A DNA stretch of 64,000 bases from Felis catus (lineage: Eukaryota), in the NCBI RefSeq assembly GCF_018350175.1, contig NC_058368.1, forward strand, positions 155,064,001 through 155,128,000, given 5' to 3'. Made by a program: the position numbers and the translations under genes. The notes under the pieces are model-generated. The model was not told where the DNA came from, did no database searches, and was given only the letters and a program-made list of their open reading frames with translations. Shown piece by piece: positions 48,266 to 61,500 of this stretch (position 1 is the stretch's first letter; the number at the start of each line of letters is the position of its first letter).

Positions 48266-51200
48266 AGAACAAGAGCTAAAATTTGTGTCCTTGCGAAATT
48301 AAGTGTGACCGTGGACACCCAAGGCTCAGTCTACCAGAAAGTCAGCGTGTGTAGCTCACAGACTGCTTTTTTGTAGCCCCCTTGCCCCAAACCTCAAACA
48401 GCGCCGAAAAGTTTTCACCCACCCAACTCTCCCTAGCAATGCGGTTGCTTATTTCCCTTCAACTATATTGATCATTTTTAATAAAAGGAAAGATAATTAA
48501 ATAATCAGGCAAGACATCTGTTAGTACAGATACTCATGTATCTAAGTATTCAATTTCTTTAAGGATGTCTGTGATTAGATAGTGTCAAAACATTATATAT
48601 CATTAGTAATGCCACCTTCAGCAAAGGGTATATCTCTCACCTCAAGGGTCTGCTTATGAAGCCATTAATCTAGCGGGAGGAACAGAGTTCCCAGTGTTCT
48701 CAGAGGCTGGATCAGTGACTCAGGGGAATCTGGGTATTGAGTGAAAGAAGTAGGCACATCCTAATTTCTTTCATCCCCTCTCCCCCTACCCATGAATGGG
48801 TGACAAGCTGAATAGCTTCTGTGGGTGAGTTGATCAGTCGGCGGGGTGGGGGGGGGTTGAGGTTGAGGCAGACAGCTCTCCCAAATTAGCCGGCTGCCAG
48901 TCTTGGTTCGCTGGCACTTTGACACGGACGTTAGGACGCAGAGCTTTATTGCAGTGGCACTTTGGCAGGATACCATTTCACAAGGAGCTTCCAGCTCTGA
49001 GAAGGGAGCGCAGGCCTGTTATTACCGGATGCTTTAAATTCATGGGCCTTGCAAATGGAGAGATGTGTTTGTCAAGGAGTCCACATTTAAAGAAATACTT
49101 GATGTTGACTTTTTGTGTGGGTGAAACTCACTTAACCCTCTGAGGTCTCACATTTCAGCTAAGAAAGGGCAGTGGTTAGCTAGAATCTAAAGAAGGAGTG
49201 ATAAGGATTACAAATTATCTTCTAAGACCTAAATTTACTCAGGCATGCACAATGGTAACGAGCATTTATAAATGCCGAGAATAAAGCATTTAGTGCAAAG
49301 GCTGATGTTCGATTGTACCTATTTGTCATAGTATTTCACCGGAAGCCGGTTAAGTAAATTCCTCCAGTGCCAACACATAATTTGTAGGTTGACACAAGGC
49401 TGTGATGTGTTGCAGATGCTGGAAGCCTCTAGCACTTGACTGTGAGTGAGACCAGCAGCGTGACCCCCTACACCCTTTTTAAGTCGCAAGCAGACAACGT
49501 GCTCCGTGGGCCACAAAGTGTGAAGGTTAAACCTGTGGGATGGAAAATAAGGAGACCAATTCACGTGAATAATGTGAGAAATGAGTCTCACTGTTCTGTT
49601 GTCAGGGCCTTTGAGTCTGATGAAACTCCACTTAGCAAAGTGAACACAAGACATAGTCAGTGATGACTGCTATGGAATGAAAAGTAGCTGTAATTGGTAA
49701 GTAGTTCACAAGGTGATCAACGTTTTTATTACAGTTTCATAATCAAACCACACCTTTCACTATGGTCCCTCCAGTATTTGGCATCAACGTGAACCACACA
49801 GTTCCCAATCTTTCTGCCAGTGTGCCCCAAGATGCCACAATATATTTACCATGGGATATATATATATATATTTTTATTTTAGAGGGAAACACAGAGATAT
49901 TCTCTGTCAGGTATCTCACAAACTACCGGCTTGAGGTTATGCCCAGTTTCAATATTATATTGCACCAGATTCCTTTTGATGACATCATGTATTTGCGAGA
50001 CTGGGTTTTGAGCAGTTGCTGTGAGCAAATATCACAGTAGAATGAGCACCGGTACCTGCGGCTAACAATGTCTAACCCGACTCCAAAGTTTGAGGAGTCG
50101 TACAGTGCCTAGGAGGCAGATGTATCCCATTTGTATGTAACGTTGAACAAGAATAGAATGAATATAGTTTTTTCAACTTACGTGTGTATGTGTTTTTAAC
50201 GGCCACTGAGTTGTTAGGACATAAATACTTATTAAATTATTTGTTCCCAACCACTTCATGGAACTGTTACATATTTCGTTAGGCTTAGGAATGCTGTAAG
50301 GAAAAAAAAAATGTTGAGAGACTAAAGACGCTGTGAACCAAAAAAAGCGTGAAAACTTCAGATATTGGGTTTTCCCAGATATATTTCTCCCTGTGCCCTG
50401 CTCCCTCTAGGCACTGACTTAGAGGCTCAGTAGTCGATGTATTACTCACAGTCTCTGCTGTCACAAAGCATAAGCTTTTGCGGAGACTGAAAGCTAATGA
50501 ACAAATTAACAGACAAACCCAAAATACAAAGTGCTCTAAAGAATAAGAAAGACTTTATTTCTAGATTTCACTCCATAACTGCAGGGTTCCTTTTCCCACT
50601 TACCAGTCTACATTGTTATGCTTGGCTTCCCTCCAAAAAAACCCTGAGAGATTCTTAAACCATACATGCCCACCTGCCCACCTAATGGGGGCGTAGGCAA
50701 CATCATCATTAACACGCAGCATCAGAAGTAGCATGAGAGAGAATGGCAGTGAGAAAGCTCTCTGGGCATATACATGGTCTTTAGGAAAAGGACAGAGGTG
50801 CCTGTGACATGGCGTTTGGATGAAGCAAGAGGAAGAAAAGGGGATGGGGTGTGGCCCAGCCTTCTGACAGGCCACATCCTCAGGCAAGACCCCTGTGACT
50901 AGTCTACCACTCTAACGAGCCAGGAGTTCCAGAGTATGTCACTTTCTACTTCACTGTTCCTCAAAGCAAAGGAGTGAGATTGAGAGTCCTGAGGATGTCC
51001 CCCAAAAGAAACTTGGGAGATTTGCCATTTGGCCTAAATTAAGTCCTATTTGTCATCAATGCTCACACAGATAAAATTGTGCACAGAGAATCTCCTGCCC
51101 AGTGTAGGCTCTGTTCCTACCTCTTCCTACTCCTAGTAAGAAACAGACAGAATGACAAGGTGCTACCCCAGAGCCCATGTGGAGCCCACACGGCCCCTGG

Positions 51201-52224
51201 CTCTGCAGAGAAGTACTAGTGGGTCTTCGGGAAGTGAATTAGCTGAGCCTCCACATCACTCACCAAAGAAAGCCCTCAGAAATTCAAGTAGCAAGGGGAA
51301 TTTCAACTAGAACCAAATTTTCTACCTTTATGCATGCATCCTTACTCCAAAAGGACTGTGGTTTATGTAAGGGAAGGCAGTGCCAGAACAAACACAGTGA
51401 GAAAAGCAAATGGTGACCTTGTCTCTCCAAGTGGAGTGAGATCTCAGGACTAGAATATCTGCCTTTCTTCTTAGACTGGGCTGATCGTAGCAGTGATTCT
51501 TGGAAAAGTCAGTTACTCGGTGCCATCAGGGGAAGGACAGTACATTCTAAGTTATAATTTAGACCCTATTAAGGGTGTTTGTGAGACTCCTCTTAAGAGA
51601 GGAGCTCAGTAGAGATGAAATGATCTCCTGCCTACATTTAGCAAATTAGGGTTGGAGAGTGTCCTAGGCCATCAGACTTGGAGTTGTGCAGTTCACCTCC
51701 TCCTTTGTCAGCAAGAGGACTAGAGCAATTTGTCTCACACGAGGAAAAAAGGAGACACAGAAAGACGAGGGGAAAGAGGCAAATTGAGCGGTGGTGCAAT
51801 GTTCAGCTACCTCAAGATACACAGACAATGCTGCTTGTCGTTTCTGCCCTGCTGCAAGGATGGCTGTAATTACAGAGTAATTTGCCAGCCTCCTTCAGCT
51901 CATGAACCTTCTAGATAGGAGCTGTGCTTATTCCCTCATTGGCACATGGTGCGCAATAATGTTGGCTTGTGTCTCTGCTGTCAGGTGCTCTCAGCTGCTG
52001 GGGAATCTTCTACACAGGCTACACAGGCATGTTCTCTTTTTTCATCTGAACCAGAATAGTCTTGCACAAGGAAAGCAAGTTTTCAAAAGGAAACATGGAA
52101 CGTTAATGCCTCAAAGCTTTTTTTTTAGAGAAAAGAGTGAAGTTTTTAAAATCATTGTCATGTTGTCCAGCTCACAACTGAGCACTTAATTGTATCCTGT
52201 CTTGTTTTGTTCTCTACTAGAACT

Positions 52225-52370
52225 GCTGAAGTCTAGAGCTGGACATGAACTTGGCACTTATCTAGCCGAACCCTCTAATTTTGACAATTTTAAAGAGAAC
52301 ACTATTGAAAAGTTTGGGGACAGGGAAAATACCAGGAGCCAGATTTTCAGATTCCCAGATTGGTATCTGA
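52225..52370 (-). mobile_element. MIR3-like fragment
   Basis: tagagctggacatgaactt...atctagccgaaccctctaattttgac. Confidence 0.4.
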
Positions 52371-52594
52371 CCCTCTTCTGCCTATCTCAGCTATCCCCGG
52401 AGACAGTACATTTGGGACTGCATATACGCCCCATTGCTTTATAACAAAATGCAAGTGTTTTACCCCTGATGAATTTTCAGTTTTTCTTTTTTCACTTGTC
52501 TTGTAGGTCTACAGAGAAATACCAAGAAAGAGAGGAATCCAGCAGAAAGAAGAGTATGAAAGTTTGGGTTTGTTTTTTTTCTAAAGATCCTAAT

Positions 52595-52702
52595 AACAGC
52601 TAATTATTTAATGCTTACTCTGTTTCAGACGCTAGGGATAAACAGGTGGCCAAATGTGGCAAGTGTCCCTATGACCAAATTGCTTACAACCTAGTAGAAG
52701 AG
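52595..52702 (-). mobile_element. L2 3' fragment
   Basis: attatttaatgcttactctgtttcagac...gtccct...gcttacaacctagtag. Confidence 0.45.
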
Positions 52703-52724
52703 TTTGTGTTTTAGAAAATACAAA

Positions 52725-52970
52725 CTAGCATTTATTGAATGCTTTCTATGGGGCCAGACACTGAAAAAGCTCCAAAATCATTATCTCATTGAATCATAAT
52801 AGAAAACTGCAAGGTGCACATTACTCCCTTTACTGGCATCATTGCATCCATAGATGAGAGCACCAAGTCACATGACTTAAGGTCTGCAATGTATGGCCAG
52901 TGAAGGTGGAGAGGTGGGATTTGAGCCCAGGGAATCTGAAGCCAGTCCCTGCTTGCTTAACCACCATGCT
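52725..52970 (-). mobile_element. MIR SINE
   Basis: ctagcatttattgaatgc...attatctcattgaatc...gggatttgagcccagg...gcttaaccaccatgct. Confidence 0.75.
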
Positions 52971-53267
52971 TCACGACCAAGATGAACTCTGGAGAGGACA
53001 CGCGGCAAGAAATGGATAAATGCTATTCAAAAAAGCCACAATATTACCTTCTTCCTTCCAAAGAACTGGATTCATAACTCAAAACTCTTACCCTAAATCA
53101 CAGTCTCTCTCAACCTAGGTTAAAAGAAAGAGTGAAATCTAATTTAAATTGAGAGAAATTACCAGAAAAGATAATAACCCAGATTTTTTAAAAAAGGTCT
53201 TTCATCATACTGGGACGAAATACCTCTCATTAAACTCTTGTGGAACACTCAAAAAAACCACGTTACT

Positions 53268-53483
53268 GGGGCATCTGGGTGGCTCAGTTGGTGAAGAGTC
53301 CAACTTCGGCTCAGGTCATGATCTTGCAGTTAGTGAGTTCAAGCCCCATGTCCGGCTCTGTGCTGACTGCTCAGAGATGGGAGCCTGCTTTGGATTCTGT
53401 GTCTCCCTCACTCTCTCTGTCCTTCCCCTGCTCATGCTCTCCCTCTCTCTCTCAAAAATAAATAAACATTAAAAAACTTTTCT
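53268..53483 (+). mobile_element. Felid Can-SINE
   Basis: ggggcatctgggtggctcag...aaaaataaataaacattaaaaaa; degenerate TSD. Confidence 0.95.
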
Positions 53484-53655
53484 AAACATCATGTTACCTT
53501 TTTAATGGGCAAATCTCCATGATGACTGATGTGTTTAGTTACTGGACAGGCATAATCCTCATGACAATGCAGAGTTTGGGCAACTCTACTTCCTGTCACT
53601 GTGCTATAAGCTAATGTACTTTTTCCATGAATCTTGCTTTTCTGAACTTGAAGGT

Positions 53656-53750
53656 AAGGTGACAAAATGTTCCAGATTGCCCAGTACTGAGGCATTCCCC
53701 AGGAATGACTCACAGGGTTAAACCTGGGACAGTCCAGGCAACTGTTTATT
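53656..53750. mobile_element. MER81-like MITE
   Basis: taaggtgacaaaatgttccagattgcccagtactgagg...aaacctgggacagtcc. Confidence 0.5.
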
Positions 53751-54904
53751 CCTCCTCATGTTCAGCCAGACATCTGAGTGCATGGGCAGCTTAGAGAGCC
53801 CATGTTGATAGAAGGTCCAGCCCTACTCATCTCCAGGCACCCACCTCTGTCTTCAGGGATTCCACTGCTGATCTGAGCTGGTGACATTTGTAGTCCCTTT
53901 TCTTGGCAGTGACAGCACATAGAGGCATCTCTCTGGTGAGCTCAGCCTTCTCTGCTAATGACAAGGCCACCTCCTTGGCTCTCTTTAGGCTATAGCTTAC
54001 CTGAGCTCTGATGTAACTCTCTTTTGAGCCTACCTTGGGCAGTCTGCTCCAGCGCAGGTCTCTGCCACAGGTCACTATGACCACCACCTCACTGCCTGCC
54101 TGGGTACCTGGCCAGCCAACTGTGTCCCACACACTGAGATCACATCTCAGTCTTGCGTTCCTGAATAAGCTATTCAGCCATGTCTCCTCCCCTGCAGCCA
54201 CTTTCTACTGTGAAGGATTTTCTATGAGTGTTTCCTCCAAGAATTCTAAATCTCAAATATGTATAGTGTCCCTCTGCTGAGTCATCCTTCTCAGGACAAG
54301 ACCCTCAGTTTTATCACCTCTCCTATCAGCACCAGGGGTCTGACCCCCGAGGCAAGCCTGGATGCAAATGTCTCGATTCTTACATTTTCCCCTTCTCTCT
54401 TTTCTCTAGCATTCCCCGTCATCATTAGAAGGCTTTATACTTCCCCCTAATGGGAATTTTGTCTACATGACTCCATGCCTCTGCATGTGGAGGGAAGTTT
54501 ATGGAATTCAGAAAACCCTTCTGCTTAAGAATTGAGGTCGTTACTCTAAACTGAGCAATGGCCTCTTTTCCCAGAGATTCAGACGGCAACTATAAATGCT
54601 ATTGGTTCAATGGATGAGGAGTTACTAAGCAACTTGCTAAATACATCAGCAATACTTTCAAAAATATTAACCTCATTATGCTTTTTTAGTTGTCTTAATT
54701 TGGTACTGGCTTTCTTGCTTTTTTCCTCTATTTTTTACTACTATGATAGCAAATGAATCTATGGCAATGTTGCCCTCACCTGAACGGCTCAGAAAGGAAA
54801 TGGGAGGCAGTAAGAGTCTCACGCCTGAAGGAAGGTGATGTTTCAAAGGTCATCTTCCCCCTACCTTGCCTGCAACAAACTACCCCATTAAAATGGCAAG
54901 TGAA

Positions 54905-55117
54905 GGGGGCACCTGGGTGGCTTGGTCAGTTAAGCATCTGACTTCAGTTCAGGTCATGATCTCACGGCTCGTGGGTTCGAGCCCTGCGTCTATCTCTGTG
55001 CTGACAGCTCAGAGCCTGGAGCCTGCTTCGGATTCTGTGTCTCCCTCTCTCTCTGCCCTTCCCCTGCTCGTGCTCTGTCTCTGTCTCAAAAATAAATAAA
55101 CATTAAAGTTTTTTTTC
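54905..55117 (+). mobile_element. Felid Can-SINE
   Basis: Full body; TSD ttaaaatggcaagtga / ttaaaattagcaagtga. Confidence 0.95.
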
Positions 55118-57996
55118 TTAAAATTAGCAAGTGACAAACATCTCTGAGACTACCACTTAAGAAGGGTTATTTAAATTACTTTCCTAAAAAGCCACTTTTT
55201 TGTCACAGGAAAAAAACCTGAATTTTATCTACAACTATGATAAGACCCCTTATTTGCCTCACCAATAATTTCCATTTCAGATACATTACTGTGGTTTGGG
55301 GTGGGTTTTCCACGGCAGTATTTGACACAGAGGCATGGAATGCTAGAGCTGACTGAGTCCCAAAATATCATCCAGTCCAGTCCTTTTAAAATATTTTTAA
55401 ACTAGCATAATTATGAAATATTTTCTTGCCCCCAAAAGAAATCTTGCTTCAAAAACCCCGTATTGAATAGGCAATGATACTCCTCTGGCTGAAATCAGGA
55501 TAGAGTTCTGAAGTCCGACCCGTTGTGACCTCTGATACACATGGCACAGCAGAATCCTGAAGTTAAGCATCGTTTGTTAAGCACTGATGAAGGACCAGGA
55601 AACCTAGAGTCAGAGAGGCCTCGCAGTTCCAAAGCCCATTGCAGGTTTGAGTTATTGACTCCCTCCACTGTGTCATGTTTCCATACATTTTGGAGTATTT
55701 GAATAAAGAGTTGGTGCTTTTACTGAAGTATGTTTTGTCTGGTGCTTATTTAAGTGTCTTTTAAGTTATTTGGGGAACCGAGGGGTTTTTGTTGTTGGTG
55801 GTGTTTGTTTGTTTGTTTTTTAATAGATTCATCTTTAAGCTGTGAGACAATAGAAGAAAGTGATCCAATTTTCAAAAATTTTATAGTCAGTTAAGTTATT
55901 AACACGGCTCTATTCTGGACCAGAATGTCAGAACTCAGCTAAATGCCGAAACAAGCCAAATGTACCCCAAGCGAATTTCAGGAGATGATGCTGTCCAAGA
56001 GGACACTGTCCCACTTCAGCAAATCATTATTGGGCATAAAGCAAGTAGGATGACAGTTGGGGGTTTAATAATTTTTTTTTTAAGTTTAATTTGTTGTCCA
56101 GAGCACCAAAGGTGAGAGCCACAGGTTTTGGGTTTTTTTTTTTTTTTTTATCTTTTACAAATCTAATATCTGAAATTTGAATATCTAGTAAGTCTTACTA
56201 TATTCTGGAAGACTGTGTGCAGAGGTTTAAACTTCAAGAACTAGGAGTTCTTTAAAACCATGGAAGATTGATTTCATGTTTTCTTTTACAGCATTTTGAT
56301 GTGGACTTGGCAAAGAATGAGGTTCCTGTGCTAATTTCCTCTTGCTCTATATAATTAGTCAGCATTTGAAATGAGGTAACAGGATATAATTGTCGACTGA
56401 CCATCGCAAGCCCATTTGTTTATGACACACTCGCCCAGCTTTTCGATGTACAATATTATTACCCACCTCTTCATTTGTATTGCTGTCTCTTTCCTCTTTT
56501 TTAATTTCTCCAGTTCTACTCCCCTCAATCCCTGCTTCCTTTGTGGGCAATACAAGCAGGCACTTTTCCGTCCAGCTGGCAAGGCATTAAGGAGGTCTGA
56601 AGGGGGTGTACAGACTGACTTTCACACTCCCCGGAGGCCAATTACATTTGGAATCCTCCTGATCCGCCCTGATCAGGGAGTGGGGCTTCCCTTCACAGCC
56701 TATTGTGCTAGTTCTGAGCCACCTGATCAGCTTGGTCCTACCCAGTATTTAAATTAGGGCATCACCAATCCTGGACCCACATCAGGGCCTCTAGGTAACA
56801 CTGGGGAATAAATTAACATGCTGCTGTTGTTCCAAAGCCACATGGACACCATTATTAGAAACCCATGAGCAATAAAGAGGACTGTTAGGAAAGTCTCAAG
56901 AAGAAAGGGGATGAAATAGCATCATGTGATTGTGTGCCATCGCACTCTGTCTTAACACAAAAATTAGCGTGTTGCCTTTGTTAGGTTCAGTGGAAGGGTG
57001 ATTACAGTTTAACATGGAATCACATTACATAGCTAGTAATGTAAGTTTACTACAAGCATTTCTTTTAGGGTTGCCAAATATAGCAAAGGAAGGAATGATG
57101 GAAGGAGGGGAGGGTGGAAAGGCAGGAAGGAGAAGGAAAGGGAGAAGAAAAGACACACATACAGTCTTAATTCATGTATTAACTAGCCTTGTAATCAAGG
57201 CTGATTATCACTGAAAGACAGTATAAATGGTCAAGTTAGTTTAGAGGAACACTTGCATTACAAAGCAATGACAGACACGGAAGAATATAAGAAAATGACT
57301 AATAGGCAAATTAGCAGGCATCAAACAAACTGGCTCTGCATAAGAATTACGTGAGAAAACATATGTTTCAAAATCAAGAGCAATACACTTTACAGAATTC
57401 TGGAAAGTAAAACGAAGGACTTTGAATTTATTGAGGACAAATCTTGGCAGGCCCTCATGATAAAATGCTTTCATTTCACAGCAAAAATACATTTCTTTGT
57501 TGAGATTTCCTGCATTCTTTTTGTTGTGTTTTGTTTTTTACAAGGCAATTTGTGGTGCTGCTACTGAAACTGTGCACTGAACTTCCACAGTAAGTTTCAC
57601 AGACCTTCACATTCAGAATACACACCCGTTATGTGATTACCCCTATCTATATATCAGTCTTTTACTCTTGCTACTTTAATAACCTTACTACAGTGTCCTG
57701 AAATGAACATGAAAGGAAAGAGTGAAATCATATCCTTTAAGTAATTCAAACAGCTTTTTAAATTAGACATAAAAACATTTTTAGGTAGGACATATTGTCA
57801 TTCTTCTGTCTTGAGAAACTATGTATATAACGGTAACATGAAATAATACTCAAACTGCTACTATTTTATAAACATACAAATTGGAAATGATAATTTTTTT
57901 CACTGTACCATAAAAGGGCAATACATAGTTAATATCACTTCCAAAATTTTAGAAACATTTTTAAAAATTGTTTACTATTTTAAAAGTCAAAGTAAT

Positions 57997-58136
57997 CCTG
58001 GGTGGCTCAGTTGGTTAAGTGTCTGGCTGTTAATTTCAGCTCAGGTCATGACATCATGGTTCATGGGATCGACCCTGCTTGGGATTCTCTCTCTCTCTGT
58101 GTCTCTCGCTCTCTCTCAAAATAAATATACCTTAAA
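57997..58136 (+). mobile_element. Can-SINE, 5'-clipped and internally deleted
   Basis: cctgggtggctcagttggttaag...tcaggtcatga...cctgcttgggattctctc; TSD aaaagtcaaagt. Confidence 0.9.
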
Positions 58137-58956
58137 AAAAGTCAAAGTGACCAAATTTATGCTGATTCCAGAGCATATTTTATCTTTTTTTTTGAAAGGG
58201 ATTTTCTTAAATTTCACAATCATCTTAATTTTTATAATCTTTCTGCATAACCCAGATTAAGTGGGAATAGTGCGCAAAACTGTGCCAATAATAAGGAAAA
58301 TTATTTCAAGAGTATTTTATATCTAATTCAAATTCATGACATAGAAACCTAAAACTATGCGACTGTTGTTGGTTTTATCATAGCTTATATCTTTAAATAC
58401 AGTTATAAAGAGTTCAAATACACTGATTTTTAAAATGGCGTCTCTGTAGATGAATGGACAAATATATGAGGAAAAATAATATAATTTAATAATTAACATG
58501 AAAATATTTCAACCTTACTAGCAATCACATAAATGCAAATAACATCAATAAGATATTTATAACAATCAAAAGTACAAGGATTAAAAAATGAAAATACTGA
58601 TGAAGTTATAGTGAGAAAGTATTCAACAATAATGGTGACAATAGGAATAAGTATTACATCCCTAGGAAGCAATTTGACAGTCTATATCACTGGCCTTAAA
58701 ATTTTTCATACCCTTAGCTTAGTTTGCTTCTTGAACTACATATGAAGGAATTAATAGAAAATTCAGCTAACATTGTATGCCCAGACATTTTTATGACATA
58801 TTATTAATATAATAAAATATTATTATTTGTGTGAAAATAGGATAGTAGCTAAGTAAATTACATAGTATAATGTGTAATATTATATAGCTATCAGAATGAA
58901 TTGGCAGAAAATTTTTGTGAAATAGGAAAATGCTTGTAACACGCTCTCCAACTTTA

Positions 58957-59181
58957 TTTATTTTTTTTAAATTTTTTTTCAACGTTTATTTATTTTTGGG
59001 ACAGAGAGAGACAGAGCATGAACGGGGGAGGGGCAGAGAGAGAGGGAGACACAGAATCGGAAACAGGCTCCAGGCTCTGAGCCATCAGCCCAGAGCCTGA
59101 CGCGGGGCTCGAACTCCCGGACCGCGAGATCGTGACCTGGCTGAAGTCGGACGCTTAACCGACTGCGCCACCCAGGCACCC
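58957..59181 (-). mobile_element. Very young felid SINE (SINEC_Fc)
   Basis: CpGs largely intact; young-subfamily-type text gtggcgcagtcggttaagcgtccgacttcagccaggtcacgatctcgcgg; perfect TSD ctccaacttta. Confidence 0.97.
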
Positions 59182-59256
59182 CTCCAACTTTAAATATAAG
59201 AGTCAAAACTAGGAACACAGTTGAATTCCAACCAAAATTTTAAAATATATGCACAT

Positions 59257-59562
59257 CTGGAACATGTGCTCTTAGAATTTAGCCCCTGTGCAATAAGGAA
59301 GCTCAAGCAATCCCATAGAGAGGTCCAAAAACACAGCTAATTCACCTGGCCAACAGCTCCAGCTGGGCTGAGTGTTACGAGGCCATCCTTTCAAGGTACC
59401 ATACACACAAGGAAAGCCAAGTCAGAACTCCAGACCAGCCTAGCTGCCAGCTGAATATCATCAAGTGACCTTAGGCAATGCCATGTGAGAAGAAGAAATG
59501 CCCACTGGGCCCCGACAAAATCCCAGATCCACACAATGTTGAGATACAGTAAAATGATTGTT
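59257..59562 (+). mobile_element. MaLR LTR fragment (MLT1G/H-like)
   Basis: aggaagctcaagc...ccagaccagcctagctgccagctgaatatcatcaagtgacc...aaatcccagatccaca. Confidence 0.7.
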
Positions 59563-60160
59563 AATATGTTAATATATAGTAGATGATAGGAATAGATAAT
59601 AGACACAGATGTAGATGTGGATACAGATAAATGAAGCCAGATAGATATGAATTTAGAAGAAATGACAAAATACCCTAAAATATTAATAGTGGTCATCTTT
59701 GGGTGGGATGTTTATCAATAATTTTTAATATTCTTTTGGCATAACTAAGTCTTCATTGATAAACACATAACACTTTCTGTGAAAATGTTATTTTTAAAAG
59801 AGAAAAATATATCAAGCATTAGTATTTAAAACAAAACACATCTGTAACATAATATATTCAGAGAAGTATGACAAAGCTTTGGGTTAAATTATCTGCTTTG
59901 GGATTTAAATAATTTAAATGGCCAAGTTATTTTAAAATTTAAAAAATAAAAACTATTTTCTTCAATGTTTGCTACTGAGACTGTCTTTTACAAATCTAAT
60001 CAAATTTTGAAAATAGCAAATGACTGCTCCATGGATGTTAATAAGCTCTAAGCTCCTCAGTAATGATGACATACATACCAGAAGCTACTTTCGGGTTGGT
60101 GAACCGCATCATTTGCCCATCAGTTCATGGGCATTTCTAGTTTTGGCCATCAGTTTCATT

Positions 60161-60391
60161 AAAAAAAATTTTTTTTTATGTTTACTTATTTTTAAGAGAG
60201 AGAGAGAGAGAGAGACCAACAGAGTATGATCAGGGGAGGGGCAGAAAGAGAGGGAGACACAGAATCTAAACTAGGCTCCAGGCTCCAAGCTGTCAGCACA
60301 GAGCCTGACGCAGGACTTGAACCCACGAACTAGGAGATCGTGACCTGAGCTGAAGTCGGACGCTTAACAGACTGAGCCACCCAAGCACCCT
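60161..60391 (-). mobile_element. Felid Can-SINE
   Basis: Antisense body; perfect TSD catcagtttcatt. Confidence 0.95.
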
Positions 60392-61129
60392 TCATCAGTT
60401 TCATTTTAAATTCTGAGGATCTGAATTAATTGCAGGTGTCTGCTTCCAAAAGGAATGTAGTCTTTAAATTATACATGTCACTGTATCACTAACATCATGT
60501 CAAATCCTGTTATGCTTCTTCCTACCATAAACGGGCATAACACAACAAGACACAAGAGAAATGCACTGGCACGGTGGAATAGGTCAAAAAATAAATCCTA
60601 AATTTAGCAGACAATAGGGTACAGATAATTTGAGTTGTCTGTATTCTTTTGAGCAACTTGATTTACCTTATTAAAGTTGGTTCTTTAAAAAGCTGATGGA
60701 GAAATTCCTGTTGATCCTAGACTTCAACTTAAGTTTGGCAATTAAAAATGTTAAGTGATAACATGGTATAGGGGAAATATTTACATTTAATCAGTTGGTA
60801 TCTGAAAAACCTTGCAACTAACTCAAACTATCGAAAACTTCGGTAGAATTTTGACTTATAAGGGAATAATGGCCTTAGCTTCACAGGACAAGAGCACCAA
60901 TCCAGAAGGAATGTTGTTTAAAGTGCTGTACAACCAAGAGTCAGGATTTGCACACCAAACGCTAACCATAACCAAGTGGTCAAAATAAACAAAGGACAGA
61001 AGAAGGCTGGGCTGGGACACTGATGTGTGCTTCATACTCAGTGTTCAGCTCTAGCCAGTTGTGGTCTTATGGAAAAATGTGGGCCCAGTGTCCTAGACCT
61101 TCCCACTCTTCAAGAGAAGAAGGAAATGC

Positions 61130-61500
61130 AGATTTTTCATGTGTGAAATATATTAAGTTTTACATGAAGAAAGTTTTGCAGAAGACAACACACTTGAGGC
61201 CATGGCCTGAGGACTGAAACAGTAGGGCCAGTGGGAAGAACTATGAATAATTGAATATGTATAGAGCATGGGATGCACCTGAAGCTGGAAAGGAGGGAGC
61301 AGCATGTTATAGGTCATTCTAAGAGTTTGGGTTTAATTTTTTGGTAATGAAAAACTACTGAAGAGTTTAAGCAGAGAAATATGAGCTGATCAAATCTTTG
61401 GTTTGGAAAAATTACTGAGAACAACACGTAGAACAGGAAGGAGGGAATTCAGAGGCAGAGAAATGAGCTAAGAAGCTGTTACAGTAATCCAAGAAAGAAC
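61130..61500 (-). mobile_element. L2 fragment
   Basis: gttataggtcattctaagagtttggg...actgaagagtttaagcag...aagaagctgttacagtaatccaag. Confidence 0.65.

Larger units (their letters stand above)
58445..59800 (+). mobile_element. Old L1ME 3' region interrupted by a SINE and an MLT1 LTR
   Basis: catgaaaatatttcaaccttactagcaatc...gaagcaatttgacag...aaaatattaatagtggtcatctttgggtggga. Confidence 0.65.

Noticed and set aside
58957..59181. tRNA-like A/B boxes as a tRNA gene
   Set aside because: This is the tRNA-derived head of a SINE, followed by the SINE body, (CT)n and an A tail
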